Shown piece by piece: positions 31,397 to 32,000 of a stretch of 32,000 nucleotides of DNA (its first letter is position 1; each line of letters starts with the position of its first letter). The position numbers were made by a program, and so were the translations under genes. The notes under the pieces are model-generated. The model searched no databases and was not told the DNA's origin. It was given only the letters and a program-made list of their open reading frames with translations. The stretch covers positions 300,001-332,000 of the forward strand of contig NC_018655.1 in the NCBI RefSeq assembly GCF_000299365.1. Direction: 5' to 3'. Source of the stretch: Candidatus Nitrosopumilus koreensis AR1 (GTDB lineage: Archaea > Thermoproteota > Nitrososphaeria > Nitrososphaerales > Nitrosopumilaceae).

Positions 31397-32000
31397 TTGA
31401 ATTTCTTAGTAGTATTCTCTATAATGGCTATTTTGGCAACTGGAGTACTTGCTCCGGCATTACCATATTCTAATGCAGATATTATTCCTCCAAAACATCA
31501 AACAAAGATTGGAATTTCAGATGATGATGTTGTATGTGATTCTGGATTATTCAAAGTCATACGAGCTGCAAGCGATTCTGTAGCATGTGTCAAAGCAAAA
31601 AATGTATCAAAACTTGTTGCTAATGGATGGGCAAAAACAGTTGGCGATAAACCAGTAGATGAGGAACTTTTAAGCAAAATTATCAATAGAAAAAGCATTG
31701 ATCTTGCAACAATAAACATTCTTGAAACGGTTCCCATAAAATCAAGTACAGGCACTTCTGCACCTGGAAAATCAATTGCAAGTTACGATGTTGTTTTTGA
31801 AATTTGTGCTTCTGTCCCAATATATGCCCCCGATATTAATATCTCATCAGACAGTGAAACAAAACAATATGAATTGGCAAACATGCTAGAATCTGGTGTT
31901 TGTACTCTAAGTGCAACAAAACTCAAAGCAACTGATCCAAAATCAATCAAAATCATCATGTTAAACAAAGGTGATATTTCTGAAAAAATTGTAGCACTTC
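31397..32000 (+). CDS. Secreted hypothetical protein, 5' part (runs off the window end)
   Basis: Absent from the track because there is no stop in the window. My translation reads (TTG)NFLVVFSIMAILATGVLAPALPYSNADIIPPKHQTKIGISDDDVVCDSGLFKVIRAASDSVACVKAKNVSKLVANGWAKTVGDKP... The frame stays open to position 32000. Alternative start ATG 31424. It contains the same C...C...GW module as the 624-aa protein. Confidence 0.7.
   Translation, partial: MNFLVVFSIMAILATGVLAPALPYSNADIIPPKHQTKIGISDDDVVCDSGLFKVIRAASDSVACVKAKNVSKLVANGWAKTVGDKPVDEELLSKIINRKSIDLATINILETVPIKSSTGTSAPGKSIASYDVVFEICASVPIYAPDINISSDSETKQYELANMLESGVCTLSATKLKATDPKSIKIIMLNKGDISEKIVAL

Noticed and set aside
1-32000. Search for CRISPR arrays, tRNA/rRNA genes, transposases, integrases and known defence-system genes
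   Set aside because: I found no regularly spaced direct repeats, no GC-rich cloverleaf-sized islands in the intergenic regions, and no DDE, tyrosine or serine recombinase motifs. I also found no nuclease/ATPase pairs typical of defence systems. This was a scan by eye and needs tRNAscan/Infernal and HMM confirmation.

Overview
The window reads as a chromosomal segment of a marine ammonia-oxidising thaumarchaeon (Nitrosopumilus-like). That assignment rests on sequence content only: AT-rich DNA, very tight gene packing, archaeal ribosomal stalk proteins P1/P0/L1, archaeal-type LeuRS and AlaRS, a PEFG-CTERM protein, and many small Lrp/HTH/zinc-ribbon genes.

The left two thirds (1-21.8 kb) hold housekeeping genes mixed with sensory and regulatory genes:
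- leuS (partial) and alaS
- a Zn-dependent alcohol dehydrogenase-family enzyme
- a secreted PQQ-type sugar dehydrogenase
- a sensor histidine kinase and a stand-alone receiver
- a TRIC/UPF0126 channel
- rpl1-rpl10, with rpl12 displaced elsewhere
- Lrp/AsnC regulators and a nitroreductase fusion
- a secreted multidomain metallo-beta-lactamase-fold protein carrying a Kazal-like module

The right third (23.8-32 kb) is a same-strand run of four secreted-protein genes. It is dominated by a 1710-codon acidic multi-repeat protein that I interpret as the S-layer protein. A tandem-duplicated His-motif protein follows it directly.

The most interesting signals are:
1. The surface-protein island and the uncharacterised partner gene next to the S-layer candidate.
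2. A roughly 35-aa Trp-rich C-terminal module shared by three otherwise unrelated secreted proteins, a possible surface-anchoring module.
3. The PEFG-CTERM sorting tail.
4. The Kazal-like/MBL fusion.
5. A coding-poor patch at 21.8-22.45 kb holding a ribbon-helix-helix-like ORF broken by one in-frame TGA, next to a 435-aa wHTH/Cys-cluster protein.
6. A GC-rich 21-nt direct repeat bracketing a 1-kb cassette.

I found no rRNA, tRNA, CRISPR array, transposase or integrase by eye. All coordinates were counted by hand. All family names come from motif recognition, not from database searches.
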